DNA of 64,000 bases from Magnetococcales bacterium (GCA_002753565.1 PEAM01000002.1:138783-202782); one strand, 5' to 3'. Shown: positions 44,803 to 54,440, counted from the stretch's first letter. Translations and numbers: made by a program. Notes: a model not told the origin generated them from the sequence alone.

Positions 44803-46668
44803 CTACTCAAGGATCTCCCAGATTGGCTCCCCGCTACCCGGCAATCCATAGTCCGACCATCGCTTGCTGACCTTATGGATGGTCTCCTCATCCATACGCA
44901 GGGTCTCCCCCCAGTTTCGTCCGGTCTCTTCCAGGGTTCGTGCCGTGGCATCGACGGCAAATCGACCGCTTTCTCTGTCGATGACCACATCTCGGCTCGG
45001 GTCGGATCGGGTGGCCATGGACCAGAAAAGGTCAGCCGCCGACCGGGGGTTGCAGTCTGCATCCACTACCCAGAGTTGATCGGCACCGGTTCCCAGCGGG
45101 GCGTTGTATTGAATGGCCTCAATGGCCAATTTTCCTCGCTCTTTGGTGACACCATCCACCCTGGCCACAGCCACCAGCCCACCGGCCTGCAGACGAATAT
45201 CGACAATAAAATCGTATCGGGTCAACACCACCCGAATCCAGCGGATATCTGGGGTGGGTGCTGCACGTGCCGGAACAATATCCAGTTCTGCCCCCATTTT
45301 GGTGGTGGCATCAATGCCCATTTTTCCCCCGAGTCCCGCCACCGGAGAGGCAAAATCCAGATAGTCAATGGGGGTGTTGGTCAATACCTGGAGATCTCGC
45401 CCGCCATGAGTGTGCAGTCCAATGGCAGTTAAAACCTGCTCCATGTTTTCTACGTCCACCTCTTCATCGACAACAATAATATATTTGGTGTAGAGAAACT
45501 GACGCAAAAATCCCCAAACCCCAGCCATCACCCGGAAGGCGTGACCGGGATAGCCTTTTTTCAGGCCGATGATGGCCACCCGATAAGAGGCCGCCTCCAT
45601 GGAGAGGTGGAAAGTGGTGATTTCGGGAAACTGTTTTCTGAGCAGTGGAACAAAAACCCGGTTGAGAGCGAGAGCCAAAATGGCCGGTTCGTCTGGCGGG
45701 CGACCGGTAAAGGTGGAGAGATAGATGGGGTCTTGGCGCATGGTTACCCGTTTGACCGTGAAGACCGGAAACATCTCCACCTCGTTGTAGTAGCCGGTAT
45801 GATCACCAAACGGCCCTTCCGGGGCCATCTCCTCCAGGTCCACCTCCCCTTCTAAAATGATTTCCGCCCGAGCCGGGACTGGTAGATCTGGGTAGAGGCC
45901 GGGGGTTGTCTCGACCCGTTTTTCTCGAAGCAGACCGGCAAAACCATATTCGGACAGGGTCTCTGGGATGGGAGTTACCGCCGCCAGGATGGTGCCGGGA
46001 TCACAGCCAATAGCTACCGCAACCGGCATTTTTTTGGGAAATTTTTTCGCGTGCTGGGCGCCACCTCGATGTTTGAGCCAGCGCATGATCAGCCGGTTTT
46101 TGTCCAGCACCTGCATACGATAAATGCCCAGGTTGACCGGTCCGCCCTCTGCCCCCTGAGTAATGACAACAGGCCAGGTGATCAGGGGTCCGACATCGTT
46201 GGGCCAGCAGGTCTGGATGGGCAGCAGCCCCAAATCGATCTCTTCCCCCTCCATGACCACCTCTCGACAGGGGGCACGACGGGCTGTTTTGGTGGGCATA
46301 TGGCGTACTCGGGTTAGTTGGCGGGCAAAATCCATCATGCCCGACAACCCCTTGGGAGGCTCCGGCTGTTTAAGGTCGGAGAGCAGTTGCCCCAACTCTT
46401 CCAGCTCTTTGGGGGTTCTGCCCACCGCCAACCCGACCCGCTCCTGGGTGCCGAACAGGTTGGTCAACACCGGAAAACGGGAGCCGATAACCTGGGTAAA
46501 AAGTACCGCTGGCCCTCCTTCAGCCAGCAAGCGGGTACAGATCTCGGTGATCTCCAGATGGGGGTCCACTGGAACATCCACCTGGACCAGTTCTCCCTTT
46601 TGTTTGAGATAATCGATAAAGGTACGAAGATCAGAAAAGGCGGTTGGTCTGTTATTTAGATGGTTCAT
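44803..46668 (-). CDS. ubiD: UbiD-family (prenylated-FMN) decarboxylase, long form
   Basis: Start at ATG 46668 ('MNHLNNRPTAFSDLRTFIDYLKQKGELVQV', UbiD-like N-terminus); the ORF track start at 46686 is TTG. About 621 aa, roughly 120-130 aa longer at the C-terminus than the ~500-aa E. coli type. Confidence 0.85.
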   Translation of the reverse strand: MNHLNNRPTAFSDLRTFIDYLKQKGELVQVDVPVDPHLEITEICTRLLAEGGPAVLFTQVIGSRFPVLTNLFGTQERVGLAVGRTPKELEELGQLLSDLKQPEPPKGLSGMMDFARQLTRVRHMPTKTARRAPCREVVMEGEEIDLGLLPIQTCWPNDVGPLITWPVVITQGAEGGPVNLGIYRMQVLDKNRLIMRWLKHRGGAQHAKKFPKKMPVAVAIGCDPGTILAAVTPIPETLSEYGFAGLLREKRVETTPGLYPDLPVPARAEIILEGEVDLEEMAPEGPFGDHTGYYNEVEMFPVFTVKRVTMRQDPIYLSTFTGRPPDEPAILALALNRVFVPLLRKQFPEITTFHLSMEAASYRVAIIGLKKGYPGHAFRVMAGVWGFLRQFLYTKYIIVVDEEVDVENMEQVLTAIGLHTHGGRDLQVLTNTPIDYLDFASPVAGLGGKMGIDATTKMGAELDIVPARAAPTPDIRWIRVVLTRYDFIVDIRLQAGGLVAVARVDGVTKERGKLAIEAIQYNAPLGTGADQLWVVDADCNPRSAADLFWSMATRSDPSRDVVIDRESGRFAVDATARTLEETGRNWGETLRMDEETIHKVSKRWSDYGLPGSGEPIWEILE

Positions 46669-46836
46669 CAGCGCACCCGGTTGCAATTGAGGGAAAATTC
46701 ATCCATCATCTGGGGTTAATTAAAGTAGGTTAGCTTTTTTTATTATTCCACATTTATTTTGCTTGCCATGCCCTCTTCAGAGGATGGCTCTCAATAAATG
46801 CTCAAAAATTCTTCAGAGTCAACTGGAGCTATACTA

Positions 46837-47586
46837 ATGTCTGGGCCAACAACCACCCATTTTGGTTTTACCGACATCCCCTTTTCCGAGAAGGTAGGGC
46901 GGGTTCGTGAAGTGTTTGATTCTGTAGCGGACAAATATGACCTCATGAATGATCTGATGTCCCTGGGGGTCCATCGGGCTTGGAAACAGTTTGCGGTCAG
47001 ACGGCTTCGCATCAACCCCGGTGACCGCCTGCTGGATGTGGCGGGGGGCACCGGAGATATTGCTCGATTGATGCACAAACGGCTGGCTGGCCAGGGAGAG
47101 GTGACCATCTTCGACATCAATGGTAGCATGTTGAGGCGTGGTCGGGAAAAATTGACCAATCAGGGAATCGTCTCCGGCATTGAGTGGGTTCAGGGCAACG
47201 CCGAAGAGCTACCTTTTCCCGACAACACCTTCCATACGGTCACCATTGCGTTCGGTATCCGTAATGTAACTCAAATCGAGAACGCCATCAAAGAGATGGT
47301 GCGGGTTTTACGGCCGGGAGGACAGTTTCTCTGTCTGGAGTTCTCCAAGCTGGCTCTCCCCTATCTGCAACCGGCTTACGATACCTACTCTTTTAATATT
47401 TTGCCGGAGATTGGCCACTATGTAACCAAGGACCGGGACTCCTACCAATATCTGGTGGAGTCCATTCGTCGTTTTCCCAACCAGGAGAGCCTGAAAACCC
47501 TGTTGGAAGAGGGTGGTCTCCACGGTGTTCGCTATCATAATCTCTCCCTTGGCGTTGCTGCCATCCACTTTGGGCGAAAGGTTTAA
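46837..47586 (+). CDS. ubiE: Ubiquinone/menaquinone C-methyltransferase
   Basis: Start at ATG 46837 with GGAG 8 nt upstream. 'THFGF...VFDSVADKYDLMNDLMS' and 'LDVAGGTGD' fit UbiE. The ORF track start at 46798 has no RBS. Confidence 0.9.
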   Translation: MSGPTTTHFGFTDIPFSEKVGRVREVFDSVADKYDLMNDLMSLGVHRAWKQFAVRRLRINPGDRLLDVAGGTGDIARLMHKRLAGQGEVTIFDINGSMLRRGREKLTNQGIVSGIEWVQGNAEELPFPDNTFHTVTIAFGIRNVTQIENAIKEMVRVLRPGGQFLCLEFSKLALPYLQPAYDTYSFNILPEIGHYVTKDRDSYQYLVESIRRFPNQESLKTLLEEGGLHGVRYHNLSLGVAAIHFGRKV

Positions 47587-48284
47587 TGGCTATGTTGACC
47601 AAGCTGCTGCTCTCTCCTATCAAGCTGATTCCACAACCGGCCACTGCCGTCACCTTGAGTGTGGTTCTCAATCTTTTTTTTAAACGATACCCAGACCTTA
47701 AAGAACAGCTTTCGGGGCTTTCGGGAAAAATCTTTGAATTTGATGTCGTCGATATGGACGACTCCTACTACATGATGGTGGATGATCAGGGTAGTGTGAC
47801 CATTCACACCTATTGCGATAACATTCCCCATGTCACCATGAGAGGCTCCACCAACGCCTTCCTCTCCCTGCTGTTTCAGACCACCGACCCTGACTCCCTC
47901 TTTTTTTCCCGTGCCCTCGATTTAAGCGGGGAGACGGATACCGGCTTGCATTTTAAAAATATTCTCAACAATGTCGATATTAACTGGGAGCAAGAGTTGG
48001 CAACCCTGATGGGCAGTGGTGCGGCCCGGACGTTGATGGGTATGGCGCGACAGGTTAAGGGGGTTGGTGAGCAGGGTAGAGAGAAGGTTGAGTCGGAGAT
48101 CGAAAACTGGATGGAAGAGCAGAACCTGCCGTTGAAGGAGAAGTTTGAGTCCTTTCAATCCCAGGTTGAAGCGTTGCAGCGCCAAGTTGATCAGGTGGAA
48201 AAATCCCTTTCCCGAATAGGAAAGAAGCAGGCTCTGGCCCGCCCGAAACCCTCACAGAAACACTCTAAGAAGAGAGCCGACTAA
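47586..48284 (+). CDS. ubiJ: SCP2-domain ubiquinone biosynthesis accessory factor (UbiJ-like)
   Basis: 232 aa lying between ubiE and ubiB, as in E. coli ubiE-ubiJ-ubiB. It has an SCP2-like N-terminal part and a coiled-coil, basic C-terminus. The start overlaps the ubiE stop (TAATG). Confidence 0.6.
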   Translation: MAMLTKLLLSPIKLIPQPATAVTLSVVLNLFFKRYPDLKEQLSGLSGKIFEFDVVDMDDSYYMMVDDQGSVTIHTYCDNIPHVTMRGSTNAFLSLLFQTTDPDSLFFSRALDLSGETDTGLHFKNILNNVDINWEQELATLMGSGAARTLMGMARQVKGVGEQGREKVESEIENWMEEQNLPLKEKFESFQSQVEALQRQVDQVEKSLSRIGKKQALARPKPSQKHSKKRAD

Positions 48285-48290
48285 AGCCTG

Positions 48291-49928
48291 ATGTTGGGTC
48301 ATTACCGCACTTTTTTACGTTTGGTTGAGATCACCAACATTCTGGTTCGTTTTAAGATCGAGCCGTTTGCCAGCCGATTTCTTCTTTATCGTCTCATTGC
48401 CTGGTTTTATGGTTGGCGGCCTGCCACCCGGAAATTTCGTCGGGACCATGCGGCACCGGTACGGCTGCGCAAAGCTTTGGAGAGACTCGGCCCTACGTTT
48501 GTCAAGTTTGGTCAAGCCCTCTCTACCCGAGTAGATGCCCTGCCGGAAGAGGTGGGTATCGAGATGAAAAAGCTCCAGGACGAGGTGGCTCCCTTCCCCT
48601 TTGATAAGGTTCGGGAGATCATCGAAAAAGGTCTGGGCGCACCCCTGGAGAAACATTTCACCTTTTTTGATCCCATTCCCGTAGCTTCGGCCTCCATGGC
48701 CCAGGTTCACCGAGCGACCACTCAGGGTGGCCGTGATGTGGCGGTCAAGGTGCGGCGTCCCAATGTGGAGACCATCATCGAGATGGATATTGGCATGCTC
48801 TCCTCTCTGGCGGATCTTATCGAGAGTAATGTACCGGAGTGGCGACGACTGCGGGTTAAACGGGTGGTGGAGGAGTTTGCCACCTCCATTCGTAACGAGT
48901 TGGATTTTCAGGTGGAGGCCGCTCGTGCCCACCAGTTTCAGCAAAACTTTAAAAATGATCCCGAACTTCTCATTCCTGCCATTTTGTGGGAGTTGACCAC
49001 CCCACAAATTTTGACCATGGACTGGATCAACGGGGTGCCCATCGACGAGCTGACCGAAAATCCCAACCCCAACCTGGATGCCAAGCAGATCTCCATCAAT
49101 CTGATTACCGGTTTTTTTAAACAGGTTTTCCGCGATGGATTTTTTCATGCCGATCAGCACCCCGGTAATATTTTTATTCTCGAAAACGGCTCTGTCACCC
49201 TGCTGGATTTTGGTATCGTCGGTCGCATCAAGATTCAAGATCGGATCTGGCTTGCGGAGCTTCTGCAGGGTTTTATCACTCGAGACTATGCCAAGGTCGC
49301 CCAGGTTCACCTGGATGCCGGCTATGTACCCCGACACACCGATCTGCAAGAGTTTGAAGAGGCCTGCCGACAAATTGCCGAGCCTATTTTTGGGCAGCCG
49401 GTCAAAGATATCTCCATTGGTCGACTGCTCGCGCAGCTTTTCAAGGTGACCGAACGGTTCAATATGTCGGTACAGCCCCATCTGCTGCTGCTGCAAAAAA
49501 CCATGCTGACCCTGGAAGGGGTCGGGCGGGAGATCAACCCGGATTTGAACATGTGGTTTTTGGCGGAGCCGCTTATTCGGGATTGGATGATGGAGAACCT
49601 GGGGCCAAAAGGTCAGGTGAAGCTGGCGACTGAGCAGGTCAAGCGTATTGCCCACACCTCCATCAATATGCCGGAGTTGCTGTTTAGTGGTGTGGAAAAA
49701 CTGGCTAACGATCAGCTCCGTGTCAACATCCACTCCGACTCTCTGGTTCGGCTGGAGCAGCAGATAACGGTCGGTTTTCGCCGTCAGGCTTCGGCTGTGA
49801 CGGGGGCCGGGCTGTTTTTGGGCGGTGCGGTGATGGTTACCTCGGGTCTACCACCCATCTGGTACTGGCCGCCTCTTCTGCTTGCCGCCCTCTTTTTCAT
49901 CCGCTCCCTTTTTTTCCGGCGTGGCTGA
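48291..49928 (+). CDS. ubiB: Ubiquinone biosynthesis regulatory kinase-like protein UbiB (ABC1 family)
   Basis: 545 aa with 'GPTFVKFGQALSTR', 'ASASMAQVHRA', 'HADQHPGNIF' and C-terminal TM helices. Confidence 0.9.
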   Translation: MLGHYRTFLRLVEITNILVRFKIEPFASRFLLYRLIAWFYGWRPATRKFRRDHAAPVRLRKALERLGPTFVKFGQALSTRVDALPEEVGIEMKKLQDEVAPFPFDKVREIIEKGLGAPLEKHFTFFDPIPVASASMAQVHRATTQGGRDVAVKVRRPNVETIIEMDIGMLSSLADLIESNVPEWRRLRVKRVVEEFATSIRNELDFQVEAARAHQFQQNFKNDPELLIPAILWELTTPQILTMDWINGVPIDELTENPNPNLDAKQISINLITGFFKQVFRDGFFHADQHPGNIFILENGSVTLLDFGIVGRIKIQDRIWLAELLQGFITRDYAKVAQVHLDAGYVPRHTDLQEFEEACRQIAEPIFGQPVKDISIGRLLAQLFKVTERFNMSVQPHLLLLQKTMLTLEGVGREINPDLNMWFLAEPLIRDWMMENLGPKGQVKLATEQVKRIAHTSINMPELLFSGVEKLANDQLRVNIHSDSLVRLEQQITVGFRRQASAVTGAGLFLGGAVMVTSGLPPIWYWPPLLLAALFFIRSLFFRRG

Positions 49929-50058
49929 TCCTAGCCAGAGAGCCTGCCTGTGGGTTGGGAATGGTTTTTGCTATCCAAAATGAGATTCTTCTTTCCGGTC
50001 CGTTAGGCCATAGGCTCTTTTTTCGGATTTGGAACCAATCAAATGTGAGGTCGAAACA

Positions 50059-51489
50059 ATGGAACGCCCTTCCAAAAAGAGTGAGCTTGCTCAATTTTTT
50101 AATCAACTGGCCCCTGAGAGAGATCGCTGGCTCAACAAAAACCGCTTTTTCTATCAAGACGATCTCCGCTATTTTCACTACCTTGTTCCCAAGGGTAAAC
50201 GGGTTGCTGAGCTGGGGTGTGGTACGGGCGATCTTCTCTCGCAGCTGGAGCCTTCCTACGGTGTTGGGCTGGATATCAGTGAGGAGATGATCAAACTGGC
50301 CAGAGAGAAACATGACCATCTGACTTTTTTGGTGGGGGATGTTGAAGAGGGGGCGACTCTTGATCAACTGGAGGGGCCGTTTGATTATATCATCCTGCCG
50401 GATTTAATCGGCTATCTGGAGGATGTGGAGGAGACCTTTCTGGCCCTGCATCGGCTCTGCACTCCAGAGACCCGCATCATCATCACCCACTACAACCAGC
50501 TTTGGGGGCCGATTCTCAACCTGGGTGCTCAACTGGGTATGAAGATGCCCTCCAGAATCCAAAACTGGCTGACGGGGCAGCAGATCTGCTCCTTTCTTAA
50601 AATAGGCGATTTTGACCTTATTCAGCGTGAACGGCGCCAACTGATCCCGGTCTCCCTGATGGGTCTTGGCGCCCTGGTCAATCAGTATATCGCCCCCTTT
50701 CCGGTGATTCGTCGCCTCTGCTTGCGGAATTTTTTTGTTGCTCGCCCCCTGCCTGACCCCACCCCCCGAGAGCTATCCACCACCGTGGTTATTCCCTGTC
50801 GTAACGAACGGGGTAATGTTGAGGCGGCGATCAAACGGATTCCCCCCTTTTGCCAGGATATGGAGATTCTCTATGTGGAGGGTAACAGCCAGGATGGCAC
50901 CTTTGAAGAGATTCAACGGGTGATTGATGCCTACCCCAACCTGGATATCAAAGGGTTTCAGCAGACCGGCAAGGGGAAGGGGGATGCGGTGCGATTGGGC
51001 TTTGACAAGGCCCGTGGGGAGCTGCTGATGATCCTCGATGCCGATTTAACCATGCCACCCGAAGATCTGCCCAAGTTCTACCGGGCAATTTCCCAACGGA
51101 AAGGGGAGTTTATCAACGGTTCCCGTCTGGTCTATCCCATGGAGGATGAGGCGATGCGTACCCTCAACCTCTGGGCTAACAGCACCTTCTCCTATCTTTT
51201 TAGCTGGCTGCTCAACCAGCCCCTGACCGACACCCTCTGTGGTACCAAGGTGTTGCTGAAAAAAGATTATGAACAGATTGCCAAAAATCGCAGCTATTTT
51301 GGCACCTTCGACCCTTTCGGAGATTTTGACCTGCTGTTTGGTGCAGCCAAAGCCAATTTAAAAATCCGTGAGATTCCCATCCGTTACCGGGCCAGATCCT
51401 ATGGCGAGACCCAGATCTCCCGCTTTCGCCATGGGGTTCTGCTGCTTAAAATGGTTCTGTTTGCCTTCCGAAAGCTCAAGTCCTTCTGA
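50059..51489 (+). CDS. Fusion protein: class I SAM methyltransferase (N-terminal) + family 2 glycosyltransferase (C-terminal)
   Basis: Start at ATG 50059 with GAGG 8 nt upstream; the ORF track start at 50029 is TTG. MTase motif 'VAELGCGTGD'. GT2 motifs 'VVIPCRNE' and 'ILDADL'. Confidence 0.8.
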   Translation: MERPSKKSELAQFFNQLAPERDRWLNKNRFFYQDDLRYFHYLVPKGKRVAELGCGTGDLLSQLEPSYGVGLDISEEMIKLAREKHDHLTFLVGDVEEGATLDQLEGPFDYIILPDLIGYLEDVEETFLALHRLCTPETRIIITHYNQLWGPILNLGAQLGMKMPSRIQNWLTGQQICSFLKIGDFDLIQRERRQLIPVSLMGLGALVNQYIAPFPVIRRLCLRNFFVARPLPDPTPRELSTTVVIPCRNERGNVEAAIKRIPPFCQDMEILYVEGNSQDGTFEEIQRVIDAYPNLDIKGFQQTGKGKGDAVRLGFDKARGELLMILDADLTMPPEDLPKFYRAISQRKGEFINGSRLVYPMEDEAMRTLNLWANSTFSYLFSWLLNQPLTDTLCGTKVLLKKDYEQIAKNRSYFGTFDPFGDFDLLFGAAKANLKIREIPIRYRARSYGETQISRFRHGVLLLKMVLFAFRKLKSF

Positions 51490-51605
51490 TGCCATCTCCC
51501 GCTCCGTCGGGGGGGTATTGGGCTTATCGGCTTGGGGCTGATGGGGTCTAGCCCTCAACCTCTGCAGCCAGGGTCTCTCCCTGGCTGTTTTGCGCCAGAC
51601 TATAG

Positions 51606-51743
51606 AGATTTCAAACCAAATTTGTACAAAACGATTGCGGATGGGTCTGGGAAGGTATGCCTTCCCAGCGGATTTGGGCAGAGCCCAAGGTCCTAAGACT
51701 TTGCCTTTTACCGTTGTCCAAAGCTGGTTTTAATTAACCATAG
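51606..51743 (+). repeat. MITE-like intergenic repeat, copy C (internally deleted)
   Basis: Has the same termini ('ttcaaaccaaatttg' and 'caaagctggttttaa') and the hairpin ctgggaagg-tatg-ccttcccag. It lacks the central ~70 bp that lies between two 'cccaaggt' direct repeats in copy A. Confidence 0.75.
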
Positions 51744-51914
51744 TCACTCCCTTCTGCTGTAACATCTCGCCAGCCGGAAAAACCACTTTATGCCAGCTAC
51801 CCTCCTACAGAGCCAGTCGGACAGCTTTCAACCCCTGAAAAGCGGCTTGACCTTAACGATTGATGAGAGCTGCGAGGAGAATCTACACCAGATCATCACC
51901 TGGCTGGAGTCTCA

Positions 51915-53699
51915 CTACTGCTCCCAAGGGTAGGCCAGTCCAACCAGACGAAACCCCACATCCGCATCCCGCTCATCAGGTGCAAAGCTGTCTCGGTAGG
52001 CGGAGCGAGTACGAAGGGAAGGGGAGAGCCAGGAGCCGCCCCTCAGGACCCTTTCACCCTGTTTAGACCAGACACTGCGGGGGTTTTCGGTTGGCGAGGT
52101 GTGATAAAAATTGGGCTCATACCAATCTCGGGTCCACTCGAAAACATTGCCATGCATATCCAGTAGACCATAGGGGTTGGCGGCATGGGAAAAATGTTCT
52201 ACCGGGGTGGTTCCCGCTCTAAAGAGGCCGGGTTGACTGAAGGGGGAGGGTTTCAATCCGTTAAAGTTGGCTTGATCACTTAGGATCTGCTCTCCGAAAG
52301 AGAACGGTGTCTCGCTACCCCCCCGGCAAGCCCGCTCCCATTGGGCTTCGCTGGGGAGTTGAATGAAACGATGACAGCGCTGGGAGAGCCACTCGGCCAT
52401 GGCCAAGCAATCGGCATAGGTGACATTGACCACAGGGTGGTCCTCCTCCTGGTGGAAACCCGGCGCCATCCACCCCTCACCCTCTCTTCTCTCCAACCGC
52501 CCTTTTGCCGGGTTCCAAACCCGAAACCACCCCTCTCTCTGTGCCAGGGTCTGATAGCCTGTCTTCTGCTGAAACCGGCTGAACGATGCACGGGTTATGG
52601 GGGTACGGCAGATCCAGAAACCGTTGAGCTTAACCGGATGCCGAGGGGTTTCGCGCTGAAAGCTGGTGGTATAGTCCTCTTCACCAAAGGTTTGGATAAT
52701 GGTCTCCTGCTCTGCCGCACTCTGGCCCATAAGGAAGGTACCGCCAGGGACCCAGTTGAAGGTCAGCTCCACACCCGCCTCCGCAATGGTCCACCCCTTC
52801 CCGGCCGGCAGGCGACTGCGGAGCAGAAGCGTCGCCTTTCTCTTCTTCCCCTGGGGAAGCACCACCTCCTGCACCTGATCCAGAGTCCATCTTTTCTTGG
52901 GATTTTTAGCCAACATGCCTGCCAGGAGTGTTTTTAACGGTTTGGGGCAGCTATCGGGAATGTTGACCGGGTTGACATTTTTTTGGTGTTTACCAATGGT
53001 CTCCGATCCGCCCTCATAGGCCGGACGACCAAAGAGCATGAAATAGAGGGTCATCCCCAGGGAGTAGACATCAGAGACCAGATAACGTCTTTTACGCCAC
53101 ACCTCTGGGGCGGTATAGCTATGGGTGCCGGAAACAGCAGGCTCTCGTGCCCGGTGCCACTCACAGGCCAGACCCCAGTCGGCCAGATACCAGCTCATTC
53201 GGTCTGTTCCGGTTCTCTTGCCGATAATGTTTGAGGGCTTGATGTCTCGGTGGATGATGGGGGGAGTGCTGTGGTGGGCATGGGCAACCGCTTGGACCAT
53301 CTGGCCAAGCACCGAGAGCGCTTCGGACTCCTTCAGGCAGCCACGGTCGACAATGGCCTGTTTTAGGTTCCCCCCATCCAGATAGTCGGTGATGATAATC
53401 ATGGCGCCGTCTTCATCCAGCCAGCTTTCATGGAGAGGCAGAATATGGGGTCCATCTCGGAGGATGGTCAGCATTTTTACCTCCGACCGATAGAGGTAGG
53501 GCTTTCTGGCTACCGTCGCCTGTTTCATGGCAAAAAGACGACCCGATGCCAGCTCACGCACTTGATAGATCAGGGCAAAATTACCCTCTCCCACTTTTTT
53601 TACGATTTCGTACCGTCCCGATCCCAGGCGCTCTCCGGCAACATACTTTTTCGGAAAGTTATCGGGTTGGGCGGCGGGGAATGTTTGGGTGGTGTTCAA
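51915..53699 (-). CDS. Ser/Thr protein kinase fused to FGE-sulfatase (SUMF1-like) domain
   Basis: 594 aa. Kinase motifs are 'VGEGNFALIY', 'FAMKQ', 'HRDIKPSNII', 'DWGLA' and 'YTAPE'. The C-terminus has 'GNVFEWTRDWY' and 'RVLRGGSW' (FGE-sulfatase). The apparent start is TTG, with no in-frame ATG before the kinase domain. Confidence 0.85.
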   Translation of the reverse strand: MNTTQTFPAAQPDNFPKKYVAGERLGSGRYEIVKKVGEGNFALIYQVRELASGRLFAMKQATVARKPYLYRSEVKMLTILRDGPHILPLHESWLDEDGAMIIITDYLDGGNLKQAIVDRGCLKESEALSVLGQMVQAVAHAHHSTPPIIHRDIKPSNIIGKRTGTDRMSWYLADWGLACEWHRAREPAVSGTHSYTAPEVWRKRRYLVSDVYSLGMTLYFMLFGRPAYEGGSETIGKHQKNVNPVNIPDSCPKPLKTLLAGMLAKNPKKRWTLDQVQEVVLPQGKKRKATLLLRSRLPAGKGWTIAEAGVELTFNWVPGGTFLMGQSAAEQETIIQTFGEEDYTTSFQRETPRHPVKLNGFWICRTPITRASFSRFQQKTGYQTLAQREGWFRVWNPAKGRLERREGEGWMAPGFHQEEDHPVVNVTYADCLAMAEWLSQRCHRFIQLPSEAQWERACRGGSETPFSFGEQILSDQANFNGLKPSPFSQPGLFRAGTTPVEHFSHAANPYGLLDMHGNVFEWTRDWYEPNFYHTSPTENPRSVWSKQGERVLRGGSWLSPSLRTRSAYRDSFAPDERDADVGFRLVGLAYPWEQ

Positions 53700-53923
53700 G
53701 GGCGTGGCATTTTCTCGCAGGTTCTGGTTGGAAGGGAGCGGTCAAAGATCACACATAGTTTTACCAGCCTAACCGGTCGGTACAATCTGCCCACCATTCT
53801 ATAGTAGCCGAAGGGATAGATTCAAGGTAAGGGTACGGAAAGAGTCGCCCTTTGGGATTCTTCGGCTGACAGCAGGGTTAAAAGAGAGTATTCATAGGGA
53901 GGGACTACCTGGACAAGAGAGGG

Positions 53924-54436
53924 ATGGGTTTTATGGGTTTTGATGGTTGCAAAAAAACACACGGTGTCTGGCTCTGCCTGCTTCTTTTGTTGGTGGTTGG
54001 ATTGTCAGGGTGTACGGCTGGGCAGCGTGAGGAGGATATGGCGCAGTTTTTCCAGAAACACCGCTCAGAGCTGTCCCGGCTACAGGCCCAGTTTGAACAG
54101 CTTCGTAAGCACAGCCCCATTCAGGGTATCCACCGGGAGGAGGAGAGTGTCTATCTGGTGGGCGCCAAACGGATCTCTTTAGCTCAGGCCAAAGCGCAGT
54201 TTCCCGAGGTGGAGGAGGGGATTGGACGGGTACAGAAGATAGAGGAAAAGCTGGATTTGCGAACAGCCTATCTGCAGGATGATGGGTCGTTCTGGGTTAT
54301 CTTGAACGAGGCTGATCTGTTGGGGAGCGACTACGGTCTGCTGCGTCAGGGTAAGGGGCCGGTTACCGCCTATGGCACGCTAAATCAGATTCGCCCTGTC
54401 AAGGGGGCCAAGGGGTGGTACGCCATCCGCTTTTGA
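53924..54436 (+). CDS. Hypothetical lipoprotein
   Basis: 170 aa with lipobox 'LLVVGLSGCT'. No recognisable domain. Confidence 0.55.
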   Translation: MGFMGFDGCKKTHGVWLCLLLLLVVGLSGCTAGQREEDMAQFFQKHRSELSRLQAQFEQLRKHSPIQGIHREEESVYLVGAKRISLAQAKAQFPEVEEGIGRVQKIEEKLDLRTAYLQDDGSFWVILNEADLLGSDYGLLRQGKGPVTAYGTLNQIRPVKGAKGWYAIRF

Positions 54437-54440
54437 GTGG

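Noticed and set aside
48315-49733. A very long antisense ORF (472 aa) opposite ubiB. Similar long ORFs lie opposite tkt (19841-20905), the MCP-CZB gene (33358-34419, 34840-35607), the TPR-OGT gene (56173-57222), the MCP-CZB-Hr gene (59682-60329, 60384-61220), radA (42638-43411), bioB (37474-38214) and the MMPL gene.
   Set aside because: Each lies entirely inside a gene with clear, motif-supported homology on the other strand. Their translations are low-complexity (Gly/Arg/Pro/Gln-rich) with no recognisable motifs. Stop-poor antisense frames are expected in GC-biased coding sequence.
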